A stretch of 64,000 nt of DNA. It comes from a virus. Below the pieces are notes generated by a model. It was not told the origin of the DNA, did no database searches, and was given only the letters and a program-made list of their open reading frames with translations. The position numbers and the translations under genes were made by a program. This document shows positions 53,949 to 63,068 of this stretch, piece after piece (position 1 is the stretch's first letter; each line of letters begins with the position of its first letter). The stretch spans positions 27,149-91,148 of the IMG/VR virus record IMGVR_UViG_3300005471_000012; one strand, 5' to 3'.

Positions 53949-54445
53949 CCCTGTTCCGGCACAGGCCGCATCCGCGGATCGCGGAGAGACACGCCGAAGG
54001 CGCGGTGAAGATCAGCGCGCACCTGCCCCGGCACACCTCGTTTGCCCGGTTCAACACCACGGTCGGCCTGCGGATCACCGCGGCGGTCGGCACCATGATA
54101 TGCGCCTACATATTCACCGGGATCGCGCTCGTGTCGCTGCCCTCGGCGCTGTCGTCGGGGAACCTGACGGTTATCATTGCGTGGCTGTCATCGAACTTTC
54201 TGCAGCTAGTGCTACTGGCCGTCATCGGGTTCGGGCAGAACGCGCAGGCCACCGCCGCCGATGCCCGCGCCGAGGCCACCTACAAGGACGCCGAAGCAGT
54301 CCTGCACGAGTGCATGGAACTACAGCGGCACCTCGCCGCCCAGGACGAGATCATCCAGCAGATATATGACCGGGCGGCAGGCACCAGCCTGGCCAGCGAG
54401 ATCCGCGCAGCTGAAAGGCAAGCGAAACCGCATGGCAGCATCTGA
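53945..54445 (+). CDS. DUF1003-like membrane protein
   Basis: IT..VGTM.CAY.F; W.S..FLQLVLL..I..GQN. Confidence 0.65.
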   Translation: MTLFRHRPHPRIAERHAEGAVKISAHLPRHTSFARFNTTVGLRITAAVGTMICAYIFTGIALVSLPSALSSGNLTVIIAWLSSNFLQLVLLAVIGFGQNAQATAADARAEATYKDAEAVLHECMELQRHLAAQDEIIQQIYDRAAGTSLASEIRAAERQAKPHGSI

Positions 54446-54890
54446 CCGGGTCGGCGCCGCCGACCGTGACTACGAGGCCGGGGAAGCGGCACTGGCCGTC
54501 GCCGCGTACGCCCGGTCAGCGGACGACGCCCTGCGGCTCCTCGACATTCTCGGCCTGCAGCGCGCCGGGCACCGCTGGGACCTGGCCAGGGTCATGCTGG
54601 TGATCCTGGAACGGTTCCGGCACGGCCGCGAATTCAGCGCCAACACGCTACGCGGCTACCTGCCCCGCCGCGCACTGCATCTCATCGCCCCGGCGCTGAC
54701 CTGGATGCAGCATGATCACCTGATCTGCCCGACGGGCCGGTCCGTGGTGTCCGCGTCACCCGGGGCCCGGCACCGGCGGGTCCGCTGCTATGCCCTGACC
54801 CTCGCAGGGGAAAGGGCCAGCCGGGAACTCGCGCCGCTGCCCGGGCAGGATGCCCGGCCGCTGGATAACCTGAACAGGATGTCCGCCTGA
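54432..54890 (+). CDS. hypothetical protein (possible winged helix)
   Basis: GAAAGG RBS; FSANTLR..; Y.LT..G. Confidence 0.5.
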   Translation: MAASDRVGAADRDYEAGEAALAVAAYARSADDALRLLDILGLQRAGHRWDLARVMLVILERFRHGREFSANTLRGYLPRRALHLIAPALTWMQHDHLICPTGRSVVSASPGARHRRVRCYALTLAGERASRELAPLPGQDARPLDNLNRMSA

Positions 54891-55867
54891 TGCTCCGCGG
54901 CGTCGACGTTTCCAGTTTCCAGGGCCCGCCAGGCGCGTGGAAAGCCGAGGCGGGGCGAATCGACTTCGCCGCGGTCAAGTTCACCGAGCTCAGCGCCAGC
55001 GGCAGGTATGTCAACCCTGACGCGGACACCGACTGGGCCTACCTGAAGTCGGCGGGGCTGGGCCGGGTCGCTTACCTGTTCGGCCACCCCGGTGTCTCCT
55101 CCGCCGCGTCTGCGGCGTTCTTCGCCGGTGCCGTCGAGGCGGCGGGCCTCGAGGACGGCGACGGCGTCGCGCTGGACCTGGAAGCCGACGACGGGCACCG
55201 GCCGCCGGCAGTGGCCGCATGGGGCCTCGAAGTGCTCACCGGCCTGCATTCCCGGCTGCACCGGACCCCGTTGCTGTACACGTTCCTGTCGTTCGCGTGG
55301 GCCGGGTGCTGCCAGGGCATGGGCCGCTACCCGCTGTGGATCGCCGACCCGTCCAGCCCGGCCGGGCATCCGCGGGTGCCCGCGCCGTGGAAGACGTGGA
55401 CCGTGCACCAGTACCAGATCAGCGGCGGGATCGACCGCGACGTCGCCGCGTACCCGGACCTGGCGGCGATGCGGGCCGCGCTCGGCGCCACCGGTCATGC
55501 GGCGCCGAGGCCACCGGAACAGCCCCGGCGAGGAGAGGACGACATGGCAGACCTTTACATACCGCTGACCGCTGCCGCCGGGCGGGCCGTGTTCTGCCCG
55601 TGGCCGCACGCGGGCCAGGTGAAAGCCAAGCCGCCCTACACCCATGTGACGATGGTTCTCGCCGGTGACGGCGGCGCGCAGGTCACGGTCACGTTCAGCC
55701 GCGGCGGCGCCACCGGGCATGAGGTCCGCACGGTCATGCTCGCCTCCGGCACGGCGGTCCCGGTCAACCCGGCCAGCGGGTGGGCCGGGGTTGAGACCGT
55801 CACGCTGGCCCGCACGGACGCGGCTGCCAGCGGGGCAGTGGCGAGCGCCGTGGTAACCCGCTGGTAA
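54890..55867 (+). CDS. endolysin, glycoside hydrolase family 25 muramidase
   Basis: GVDVSSFQG; FA.VK.TE; AY.F; LDLE; PLLYT; LWIA; W..HQY...DRD. Confidence 0.9.
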   Translation: MLRGVDVSSFQGPPGAWKAEAGRIDFAAVKFTELSASGRYVNPDADTDWAYLKSAGLGRVAYLFGHPGVSSAASAAFFAGAVEAAGLEDGDGVALDLEADDGHRPPAVAAWGLEVLTGLHSRLHRTPLLYTFLSFAWAGCCQGMGRYPLWIADPSSPAGHPRVPAPWKTWTVHQYQISGGIDRDVAAYPDLAAMRAALGATGHAAPRPPEQPRRGEDDMADLYIPLTAAAGRAVFCPWPHAGQVKAKPPYTHVTMVLAGDGGAQVTVTFSRGGATGHEVRTVMLASGTAVPVNPASGWAGVETVTLARTDAAASGAVASAVVTRW

Positions 55868-55919
55868 CGGCGGGCTCCTGACGATCAGGGCACCCAGAAG
55901 GACACGGTTGCTGCATCAG

Positions 55920-55969
55920 CGGCGCCCCCGGGTACTTAGCGTTCCGGCGCTAAGTACCCGGGGGCGCCG
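55920..55969. terminator. perfect 22-bp inverted repeat between convergent genes
   Basis: CGGCGCCCCCGGGTACTTAGCG / CGCTAAGTACCCGGGGGCGCCG. Confidence 0.75.
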
Positions 55970-55980
55970 TTCTTTTGCGT

Positions 55981-57042
55981 TCAGCCACCGCTGAACGCCG
56001 GCACTGGCACGTCCCGCGGCTCTTTCCCGTTCGGGATTGCCACGAGACCGCTGGCCGCGACAATTTCCGGGAACTCGCCCTTGTAACCGCCTTTCGGCCG
56101 CATCAGCCGCTCGACTTCCTCGCCAGCCTGGAACGCCCTCCAGGTCCTGGCCAGGAACCACAGCTGCGTCGGCTGGTTCAGCAGTTCGCCGCCCGTGTCG
56201 GCCTGCCGGGACAGCCGTGCCCGGAACGCGAGGATCTGGCTGCCGGGGCTGCCGCCGCCGATGCCCTCGCCGTCGACAACCCGTTCCATGAACCATCTGC
56301 CCGTTTCGGCGTCACGCATGGTGAACAGCCAGTACGCCGCAGCGAACGCGACCCTGTTCATCTTCACGGGCCGCCGCGGATCCTTGGCGGCATCGCAGGC
56401 GAACGCGGCCGCCTCGATCAGCTCCGGATGCGTTTTGATGGTCGCCAGGATCTCCGATGTGGTGGCCTGGGTCTTGGACGAGCCCGCCTTGCCCCGCTCG
56501 CCGGGTGATGTTATCTGGACATGCATGAGCTTGGCCACCGCTGCAGTCGTGCCGGGGTTGGCCACGCCCTCCCGCGCGAGCTCGTCGGCGGCCCTGCGGA
56601 CCGCGTTGGAGTCGATGGTGTACCACGCCAGCGGGTCAGTGCCCCGCACGATCGTGACCCACAAAGGGATACCCGTCTCGGCGATGACCCAGGCGCGGTG
56701 CTGCCCGTCATCCATCTCCCCGAGCCAGTTGAATACCCACGTCGAGCCGTTGTACAGGAAGTCGTCGTGCTCGACGTCACGCCGGAGCGCCGCCTCAACC
56801 CGGCTTTTCTCCGGCCGGTTGTTGACATTGCAGGCCAGTGCCTGGTTGGCCAGGTCCCGGTCTGCCAGCACCAGTTCGACGGTGACGCCGGGCAGGCCCG
56901 GGTGCTCCGCGACGGTGCCGCCGCCGCAGGGAACTGTTGCGATGGAGTCCGGTATTTCCGGGCCGGGCGGCTTATTGCGGGGACGGCCCGCTGAATGCTT
57001 CTGCTTCTGATCTGGTGGCTGTTCTTTCGTTTTCGTGGTCAT
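55981..57042 (-). CDS. ParB/Srx-superfamily (DGQHR) protein
   Basis: N.NNRP...NG....F...G...DGQHR..; TID....R.AAD; AGGAGG RBS. Confidence 0.7.
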   Translation of the reverse strand: MTTKTKEQPPDQKQKHSAGRPRNKPPGPEIPDSIATVPCGGGTVAEHPGLPGVTVELVLADRDLANQALACNVNNRPEKSRVEAALRRDVEHDDFLYNGSTWVFNWLGEMDDGQHRAWVIAETGIPLWVTIVRGTDPLAWYTIDSNAVRRAADELAREGVANPGTTAAVAKLMHVQITSPGERGKAGSSKTQATTSEILATIKTHPELIEAAAFACDAAKDPRRPVKMNRVAFAAAYWLFTMRDAETGRWFMERVVDGEGIGGGSPGSQILAFRARLSRQADTGGELLNQPTQLWFLARTWRAFQAGEEVERLMRPKGGYKGEFPEIVAASGLVAIPNGKEPRDVPVPAFSGG

Positions 57043-57453
57043 CTGCGGCTTGTCCTCCTGGCATCGGGGATAGGGCACCTTCCCGCTGCCCGGGCAGCGT
57101 GCGAACCCCCTGCATGTGGCATGTATGCCCGCATGATACAGATTCGCAGCGCACTGTCGACTGGCAGTAGCCCAGCAGGCAGGCCGGCGACACGGTCAGC
57201 AGGGTGCCGGACGGCGCCCGGGCAGAGGTTTCGGCGTGCCCCGCGAGCAGGTCTATGAGGACCACCGCGGCGGGCAGCAGCCGGGATGCGGCGATCGTGC
57301 CGGGCACCCCGGCGAGCATCTGCCGGGCGTAGCCTGCGTCGTATTGCAGGACTGCGGCGAACGCTGTCACGGCCGCCGATTCGGCTTCCGGGCAGGCAGC
57401 ATGCGTACCTGCCCGGTGACGGCGGCGCCTGCGGGGTCTCACCGCCGCGCCTG

Positions 57454-57630
57454 TCATGCCGTGCCTTTAAGCAGCGCGCCGAACTTGTCGGCGAGGCGCA
57501 TCTGGTCGGCCCTGGGCAGGGTCCGCTCGACGGCAGCCAGGTGCTGGCGTACCTCTTCGAGGTCACGTTGCAGGTCACCTGACAGCAGGTACCGCATGGC
57601 CGCTTCGGCGACCGGGTCCGGCGCGGTCAT
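57454..57630 (-). CDS. small hypothetical protein
   Basis: AGGAGG RBS; ATGA coupling at both ends. Confidence 0.5.
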   Translation of the reverse strand: MTAPDPVAEAAMRYLLSGDLQRDLEEVRQHLAAVERTLPRADQMRLADKFGALLKGTA

Positions 57631-58286
57631 GCCACGGCCTCCTGCGGTGCCCCGTCCCCGGCAGGCTCGTATAGTTCGCGGTAGTTCCTGGTGATCACCG
57701 CGACCACGGGATTGGCGGCCGGTTCATGCTTAGTCTTGCGCCGGGCGCAGTTCGGTTTCCCGTCGGCGCTGACCCATGTCATGCCGGGCGGCCGTTTCGT
57801 GTGGATCCGCGCCTGGCAGCGGGAGCATGATGGCTGCGGGAACACCTCGGCGGGCACTTCGTGCGCGGCCAGGGCCCGGGTGAGTGCTTCCATGTCCATG
57901 CCCGACGTCGACCTGTAGAACGACTGCGGCAGGTGCACGGCGGCTGGCAGGTCCGCGTACGGCAGGCCCGCGGCGATTGGCGCAGCTGCGAATTCTGCCC
58001 GGTGCGGGGTGCATCCGGCCTGTGCCAGGTATTCCAGGTACCCGTCCTCGGGGGCGGCCTGGATGACGGTGCCGGTGGCGGCCAGGCCGCAGCCTGCGGC
58101 GGCGCATGACGGGATGCACAGCACCTGCGGGGCGCCGATTTTCAGTTCGTCGCGGATGAGCGCGTTCAGGGCTTCCGGGCCGTCGACGCGGAACGAGTCA
58201 TCGTGTCCTTCAATCCAGGCGTCCAGGCCTTTGGCGGCCGGGTCGTGCCCGGTGCCTGCCTCGTGGACGATTACTCGCACTGGCAT
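57627..58286 (-). CDS. hypothetical protein
   Basis: RBS; Cys motifs. Confidence 0.55.
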   Translation of the reverse strand: MPVRVIVHEAGTGHDPAAKGLDAWIEGHDDSFRVDGPEALNALIRDELKIGAPQVLCIPSCAAAGCGLAATGTVIQAAPEDGYLEYLAQAGCTPHRAEFAAAPIAAGLPYADLPAAVHLPQSFYRSTSGMDMEALTRALAAHEVPAEVFPQPSCSRCQARIHTKRPPGMTWVSADGKPNCARRKTKHEPAANPVVAVITRNYRELYEPAGDGAPQEAVA

Positions 58287-58302
58287 GCTGTTTCCCCCCG
58301 GT

Positions 58303-58578
58303 TTAATCATCGCCGGCTAGCACCCCCGTGTAGCCGTATGCTTCGAGCAGCCGCCCGATGCGCCCGGTGAACTGCGGGCCGGCGCCGATTAGCCTCGCGA
58401 CTTTCAATGATGCTTCCTGTAGCCGCGCCGTGGCAAGGTCTTCTGTGCTGCCGGGTTGCTCGGATGCGGCACATTCCTGCAGAATTGCCGCAAGTGCCTC
58501 GTCGTCGGCGGCCAGTATGTGTGCTATGTCGCCGACGTTGCCGTCGACCCACTGCGACAAGCGCGTACTCGTGTCCAT
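58303..58578 (-). CDS. hypothetical protein
   Basis: G-rich RBS before MDTST. Confidence 0.5.
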   Translation of the reverse strand: MDTSTRLSQWVDGNVGDIAHILAADDEALAAILQECAASEQPGSTEDLATARLQEASLKVARLIGAGPQFTGRIGRLLEAYGYTGVLAGDD

Positions 58579-58877
58579 TGGCCCCCCCCGGGGCGTTCCG
58601 GTGACTTTCACGGTCGCTCATGGGCCACCGTAATGACATCAAAGGTAGCGCGGAACGGGCAGAGGCGGCCGGGTTTCCTGACCTGGCCGCCTCGGTTCGC
58701 CGTCGCGGTTGTCCGCGCCCCCGAGGCGGGCACAGTCGCTTCGGTGTCCTCGGTGGCGTCCGGGTGCGGACGGGGCTGGCCGCCCCCACGGCCAGCCCCG
58801 AACCTGCCCCCCCGGATCATTGGTCTCAGCCGGATTATCTCGTTTCCCCCACCCCGGCCGAGACCAGATTCCTCAGA

Positions 58878-59570
58878 TCAGCCCAGCAGGCTCACCGGGC
58901 TGTCCTCAGCGTCCCAGGACTGGCGGTTGATGGTCTGCGGGTCATGGATGGTCACCCGCGCGTCCTCGCCGTTGCCCTGAAGGGCGTCGTGCCCCGCGGG
59001 ACTCGTCACGTCCGGCACCAGGCTCAGTCCCCAGACGCCATCACTATCGGGATTCGGCTGGGTGTTGACCACGGAAGCCGCGATGAAATTCTGGTTGGCG
59101 TTCAGGGCGCAGTGCCGCAGCCGGACGCCCTTCAGCGCCGTATTGCTCAGGCAGACATCCGTGCTGGTGGACCCGAACGGCGTCTTCCGGAGCTGGAAAA
59201 CTTCATCATTGCCGTAAGTGGCAACGTCCTGCGAGGTGATCCCGTACGGGTTCACGCCCTCATTGAACAGGGCCCCGACCGTGCCGTGGAAGATGAATTC
59301 CCAGTCCTGCCGGGGCGACGTGCCATCCTTCACCCTGGTCCAGACCCTGGCATTCCGGAACGTGCCAGCGTCCAGTGCCAGCTCGTCATTGGCGACGTTG
59401 TCGGTGCTGTTGAGCACGTCCGGGGTGACGCAGTTCAGCGCGGCGCGGCACTGCGCGGTCGTGTTCTTGGTGGTCTGCGGGGGCGTCGACGCGCCTGCGG
59501 CGCCTGCGCCGAGCGCGACGATCGACGCTACGGCGGCTGCGCCGGCGAGCGTGCGGATGATATTCCTCAT
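58878..59570 (-). CDS. secreted protein, possible ricin-B/beta-trefoil lectin fold
   Basis: Sec signal peptide (MRNIIRT-hydrophobic-AGA); CL......V.L..C....NQ.F, Q.W motifs. Confidence 0.6.
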   Translation of the reverse strand: MRNIIRTLAGAAAVASIVALGAGAAGASTPPQTTKNTTAQCRAALNCVTPDVLNSTDNVANDELALDAGTFRNARVWTRVKDGTSPRQDWEFIFHGTVGALFNEGVNPYGITSQDVATYGNDEVFQLRKTPFGSTSTDVCLSNTALKGVRLRHCALNANQNFIAASVVNTQPNPDSDGVWGLSLVPDVTSPAGHDALQGNGEDARVTIHDPQTINRQSWDAEDSPVSLLG

Positions 59571-59574
59571 TCTG

Positions 59575-59808
59575 TTACTTCTCCTCCTGGTGCGGGGGGT
59601 GGCTTCCGGGGACCGTTTCCCCGGTCTGCCAGTCGAAAAATTGACGTACCTCGGATTCCTTGTACCGCCGGTGCCCGCCAGGCGTGCGGATCGACGACAG
59701 CTTTCCCGCCTTCGCCCACCGGGTCACCGTTTTCGGGTCGACGCGAAGCATCGCGGCAACCTCAGACGGCGTAAGGAGCGCTTCTTCGATGTGCGGGCGT
59801 GTCGCCAT
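59575..59808 (-). CDS. bldC: BldC-family MerR-like transcriptional regulator
   Basis: LLTPSEVAAMLRVDPKTVTRWAKAGKLSSIRTPGGHRRY is close to actinobacterial BldC as I recall it (LLTPAEVATMFRVDPKTVTRWAKAGKLTSIRTLGGHRRY). Confidence 0.85.
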   Translation of the reverse strand: MATRPHIEEALLTPSEVAAMLRVDPKTVTRWAKAGKLSSIRTPGGHRRYKESEVRQFFDWQTGETVPGSHPPHQEEK

Positions 59809-60228
59809 CCCCCCGGTCCTCCCTGGTCGTGCCCGCACAATCCACGGCTACGTTCTGTAACCGGCTACGTGCGGAGTCTAGCCTTTCACGTTCGGTAACG
59901 CCCGTGCTGCTGGCATCCCGGTTTCCGCTGGCAGGTGCCCCTGACAGCCACCGGGTACTCTCCGCATGATTCCTTAGACGCGACCGGGTTGCTGCCGGTT
60001 TACGCAGCCTGGCGGATATGTTCTGCCACCATGCCGCGCTTACGTCACAATCACCATATACGCAGAGTAATTACCCGTCCGGGCCGGTGCCGGTCGTCTC
60101 GCCTGTAACGGCTTAATCAGCGGGGAAGCTGCACCACACCCGAACGTGCGTCACCATAGTGCGAAGGAACGCGAAGGGTCAAGAGCTTCGCGCAGGTCAT
60201 CTAAGATCACCAAAACAGGGGGGGGCAC

Positions 60229-60552
60229 ATGGACACCGTCGAGGCGCCATTCACCGCCGACCAGGCCGCCAGCATCCGCGGCTACCAGCAATCAGGAGTC
60301 CTGCGCCCGTTCGCCTGCGCCCGGGACGACTGCCCGGCGCACACCTGGCGTGGGCGCTCCTGGCTGCTGTGCGACGAAGACGGCCTGTTCTGCCCGGCCC
60401 CCGGCTGCGGCTACCGCCAAGCGTGGGCACTGGCTTTCATGGCCGACTGGGCCTGGCAGGGCATGCGGCGCGCCGGACGCGACCGGCGGCGTGTCCGGCG
60501 GCTCATGCGCGGTGCCTGGGGCAAGGCACGCCGCGTCCAGGCCCCGTACTAG
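60229..60552 (+). CDS. hypothetical Zn-binding protein
   Basis: PFT.DQ...YQ..G...PF.C..C..CGY.Q.W motif. Confidence 0.6.
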   Translation: MDTVEAPFTADQAASIRGYQQSGVLRPFACARDDCPAHTWRGRSWLLCDEDGLFCPAPGCGYRQAWALAFMADWAWQGMRRAGRDRRRVRRLMRGAWGKARRVQAPY

Positions 60553-60563
60553 CCTCGGCTCGC

Positions 60564-60860
60564 ATGAACGCCTGCAACGGCGGGCGGGCAGGCACGCGCT
60601 GGACTACCAGGAACCGCATTGAAGCCTGTGGCAACTTTGCGCTCTACGACGTGCACGCCGGCCGCGAGCACGAGCACGTCGAAACGTGCCATCTGTGCGC
60701 CGGGTGCATGGACAAGGCGCTAGCCACCCTCGCCGTCGGCTTCCTGCGGTGTAGCTGGTGTGATCACTTCTGCCGGCTGCTCGTCCGGCACCAGCCCATC
60801 GAGGAACGCGGCAACGGCGGCGGCCTGGACTTCCCACAGTTTCACCGTTCCGGGCAGTAG
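60564..60860 (+). CDS. hypothetical Cys/His-rich protein
   Basis: HEH....LC..C, CxxC; overlaps the convergent gene by ~140 bp. Confidence 0.4.
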   Translation: MNACNGGRAGTRWTTRNRIEACGNFALYDVHAGREHEHVETCHLCAGCMDKALATLAVGFLRCSWCDHFCRLLVRHQPIEERGNGGGLDFPQFHRSGQ

Positions 60861-61457
60861 CCGCAGCCCGGCGCCGAGCCGGTCCATGGCCGCCCGGACG
60901 TCCTGGTGTGCCCGGTAACCAGACCCCGCGGTGGCGTGGCCGTCGCCGCGATGCGCCCGCCGCCACGCCATGCCGAGCCCGGCAGCCCGTCCCGGCGCGG
61001 CCGGGACCGTGGCCAGTGCCGCGCTAACGTAATGGCCGACGGCCAGGCCCTTGCCGCCTGGCCGCTGCCGGTCGGCGGCCCACCTGGCTTTCAGTGCCAT
61101 GGCCAGCGCGGCGGGCAGCCGGACCCCCAGTTGCCCCCACTCTTCCGGTGAGTCCTGGGCCGAGTTCCGGGCAGCCATGACCTGCTCCCATGCGTCCCCG
61201 GCAGGCGCAACGTCAGCGGATGTTACGCGGCGGCTTTTACGGGCCGGCGCCTTGCGCGCGATGGCCCGGTCGTCGGCACGGTCGCCGCGGGCTTCGTCGG
61301 CGGCCCGCCGGTTCTGCCGGAATTTGTCAGCGACGCGGGCAGCGGCCGCGGCTGGAGTCGCTTCGGGAACGGCGGTCAGCAGCGCCGGGCTGTCGGCGGC
61401 GTCTTCTGGCTTGGCGGCGGCGACGTAGGCCTCCAGCCCGCGCCGGGCCGGGCTCAT
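60720..61457 (-). CDS. putative centromere-binding partner of ParA
   Basis: ATGA-coupled downstream of parA; disordered N-terminus with Arg, then QLGVRLP..L...LK (RHH-like). Confidence 0.55.
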   Translation of the reverse strand: MSPARRGLEAYVAAAKPEDAADSPALLTAVPEATPAAAAARVADKFRQNRRAADEARGDRADDRAIARKAPARKSRRVTSADVAPAGDAWEQVMAARNSAQDSPEEWGQLGVRLPAALAMALKARWAADRQRPGGKGLAVGHYVSAALATVPAAPGRAAGLGMAWRRAHRGDGHATAGSGYRAHQDVRAAMDRLGAGLRLLPGTVKLWEVQAAAVAAFLDGLVPDEQPAEVITPATPQEADGEGG

Positions 61458-62206
61458 CCTGCCGCCATCGGCGTCGCGAGGGCACCCGTTTCGGCGTCTC
61501 CGAACAGGCCGGGCCGCAGCTGCCCGATTTCCGTCAGGACTGCGCGGAGTTCCTGGCGTGCTAGGTCCGCGACATCGCCCGGGTACTCGGAGATGGGGAT
61601 GCCGTCACGGATGGCGTGCTGGTGCACCGCCCGGCGGGTAATCATCGGCTCGAAGACCTGGATTGCCTTTCGGGCCAGGAACAGCCGCGCTTCCAGTTCC
61701 ACCCGGGACGCCCCGGCCGGGAGCCCGTTCAGCAACACTCGCGGACGGCAGCCATGCCCGGTGACGTAGTCGACGGTCTCCACGGTTTCCGTTGCCGACA
61801 GCACCGTCATGTCGGATGGGATCACTGCCATGTCGGAGTATTCCAGCACCTTGGCAAGAACCTCGTTGGTTGTGATGTTACCGGGAGTGTCCACGATGAT
61901 GAGCCCGAACCCTTCAACGTCGCCGATCCGGGCGAGTACGCCCGGGTCAAGTTCGGCGACGAACTCGTAGCCGGGGTTCCGCAGCGCGGTGCTGGCCTTG
62001 ACGGCGCTTGATTGCGGGTCGGTGTCTACGACCAGGGTCCGGATGCCGTGCTTGCCGGCCGTGGCGGCGAGCCCGAGTACGTCTGTCGTCTTGCCTACGC
62101 CGCCCTTCCCGTTGCCGACTGCCACAATGAGCGGGCGAGGCGGCCAGTCGGGGTCTGTCAGCGGGTCCCCTCGCCTGCCTGGCCGCCTGTGCATGTCGGT
62201 TGTCAT
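61454..62206 (-). CDS. parA: ParA partition ATPase
   Basis: VGNGKGGVGKTT deviant Walker A; LVVDTDPQ; IIVDTPG. Confidence 0.92.
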   Translation of the reverse strand: MTTDMHRRPGRRGDPLTDPDWPPRPLIVAVGNGKGGVGKTTDVLGLAATAGKHGIRTLVVDTDPQSSAVKASTALRNPGYEFVAELDPGVLARIGDVEGFGLIIVDTPGNITTNEVLAKVLEYSDMAVIPSDMTVLSATETVETVDYVTGHGCRPRVLLNGLPAGASRVELEARLFLARKAIQVFEPMITRRAVHQHAIRDGIPISEYPGDVADLARQELRAVLTEIGQLRPGLFGDAETGALATPMAAG

Positions 62207-62430
62207 GGCGCCGGATGCTATACCAGGCAGTCTGCCGGGCGGAAGCCCTCCCGGTGCTATGGGCGTGTCACTTTCCGTTCTGCTCGTCTGCCTGCCGCGC
62301 GGGCGCACGAGCGCTTCCGCCGTTTGCCTGCTACCTGCCTTGCCCTGCTGTCGGCCGACTCGGCGGACCATCGTACGGCCCGTCCGGGGCCGGTGCGGGC
62401 ACATGCTCGCAGGGCTGCGCGCGTGTACAG

Positions 62431-62466
62431 CTGTTCGACTGTTCGACTGGCTGTTCGACTGTTCGA
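62431..62466. repeat. CTGTTCGA x4, candidate parS/centromere
   Basis: Copies at 62431, 62439, 62451 and 62459, upstream of parA. Confidence 0.6.
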
Positions 62467-62492
62467 GCGGACAAGTTCCGCGGCGGGCGTCT

Positions 62493-62990
62493 TCAGTCCC
62501 ACAAGTGCCCGAACCATGCGGCCATCAGCCGCAGCGCGTCCCGCTGGGCAGCATACTCGGCTTCCACCCGCACCTTGTACTCTTCGCGTGTTTCTCCGTC
62601 AATGTCCCGGTCCAGATCCACGGCCAGCGGCCCGGCGATGTCGGTCAGGATGGCATGCCATGCCTCGACGGTCAGTTCGCCACCGGGCCAGGTGTGCCCG
62701 TGGTCACGCAAGTGGATGGCCATGCCCGCGATGAGCGGCGCCAGGTAGCCGTGCATGTTCCACACGTCCCGCTCAGACCAGCCCCGCCGGGAGCGCTGCC
62801 ATCGCCACCGCAGCCGCGCCCACGGCGGCACGGAACGCAGGTCCCGCAAGGTACGCCGCAGCTGCCACCAGCCGTCTATCCCGCGACGCAGCGGCCAGGG
62901 CCGCGCGGCGTGCCGCCGCGCCCGCTCGGCGATGCGTTCCTCGACTTCTTCCAGCGTCGCGAAACCGGCGGCACGTGATCTTCTGCTCAC
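62493..62990 (-). CDS. conserved phage hypothetical protein
   Basis: WQR..RGWS..DVW....YLA..I...W..IL...F..LWD motif; GGAGGG RBS. Confidence 0.65.
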   Translation of the reverse strand: MSRRSRAAGFATLEEVEERIAERARRHAARPWPLRRGIDGWWQLRRTLRDLRSVPPWARLRWRWQRSRRGWSERDVWNMHGYLAPLIAGMAIHLRDHGHTWPGGELTVEAWHAILTDIAGPLAVDLDRDIDGETREEYKVRVEAEYAAQRDALRLMAAWFGHLWD

Positions 62991-63068
62991 TTCCCCTCCC
63001 AAGTTACTACCTGTGACCGGCCGGGTGCGCTACGGTATCCGCATTCACCGGGGGAGCGGAAGGAAACC

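Noticed and set aside
56972-57457. 161-aa ORF
   Set aside because: It has a coupled start, but the 3' half runs over a promoter-like motif and into the next gene; coding extent too uncertain to call
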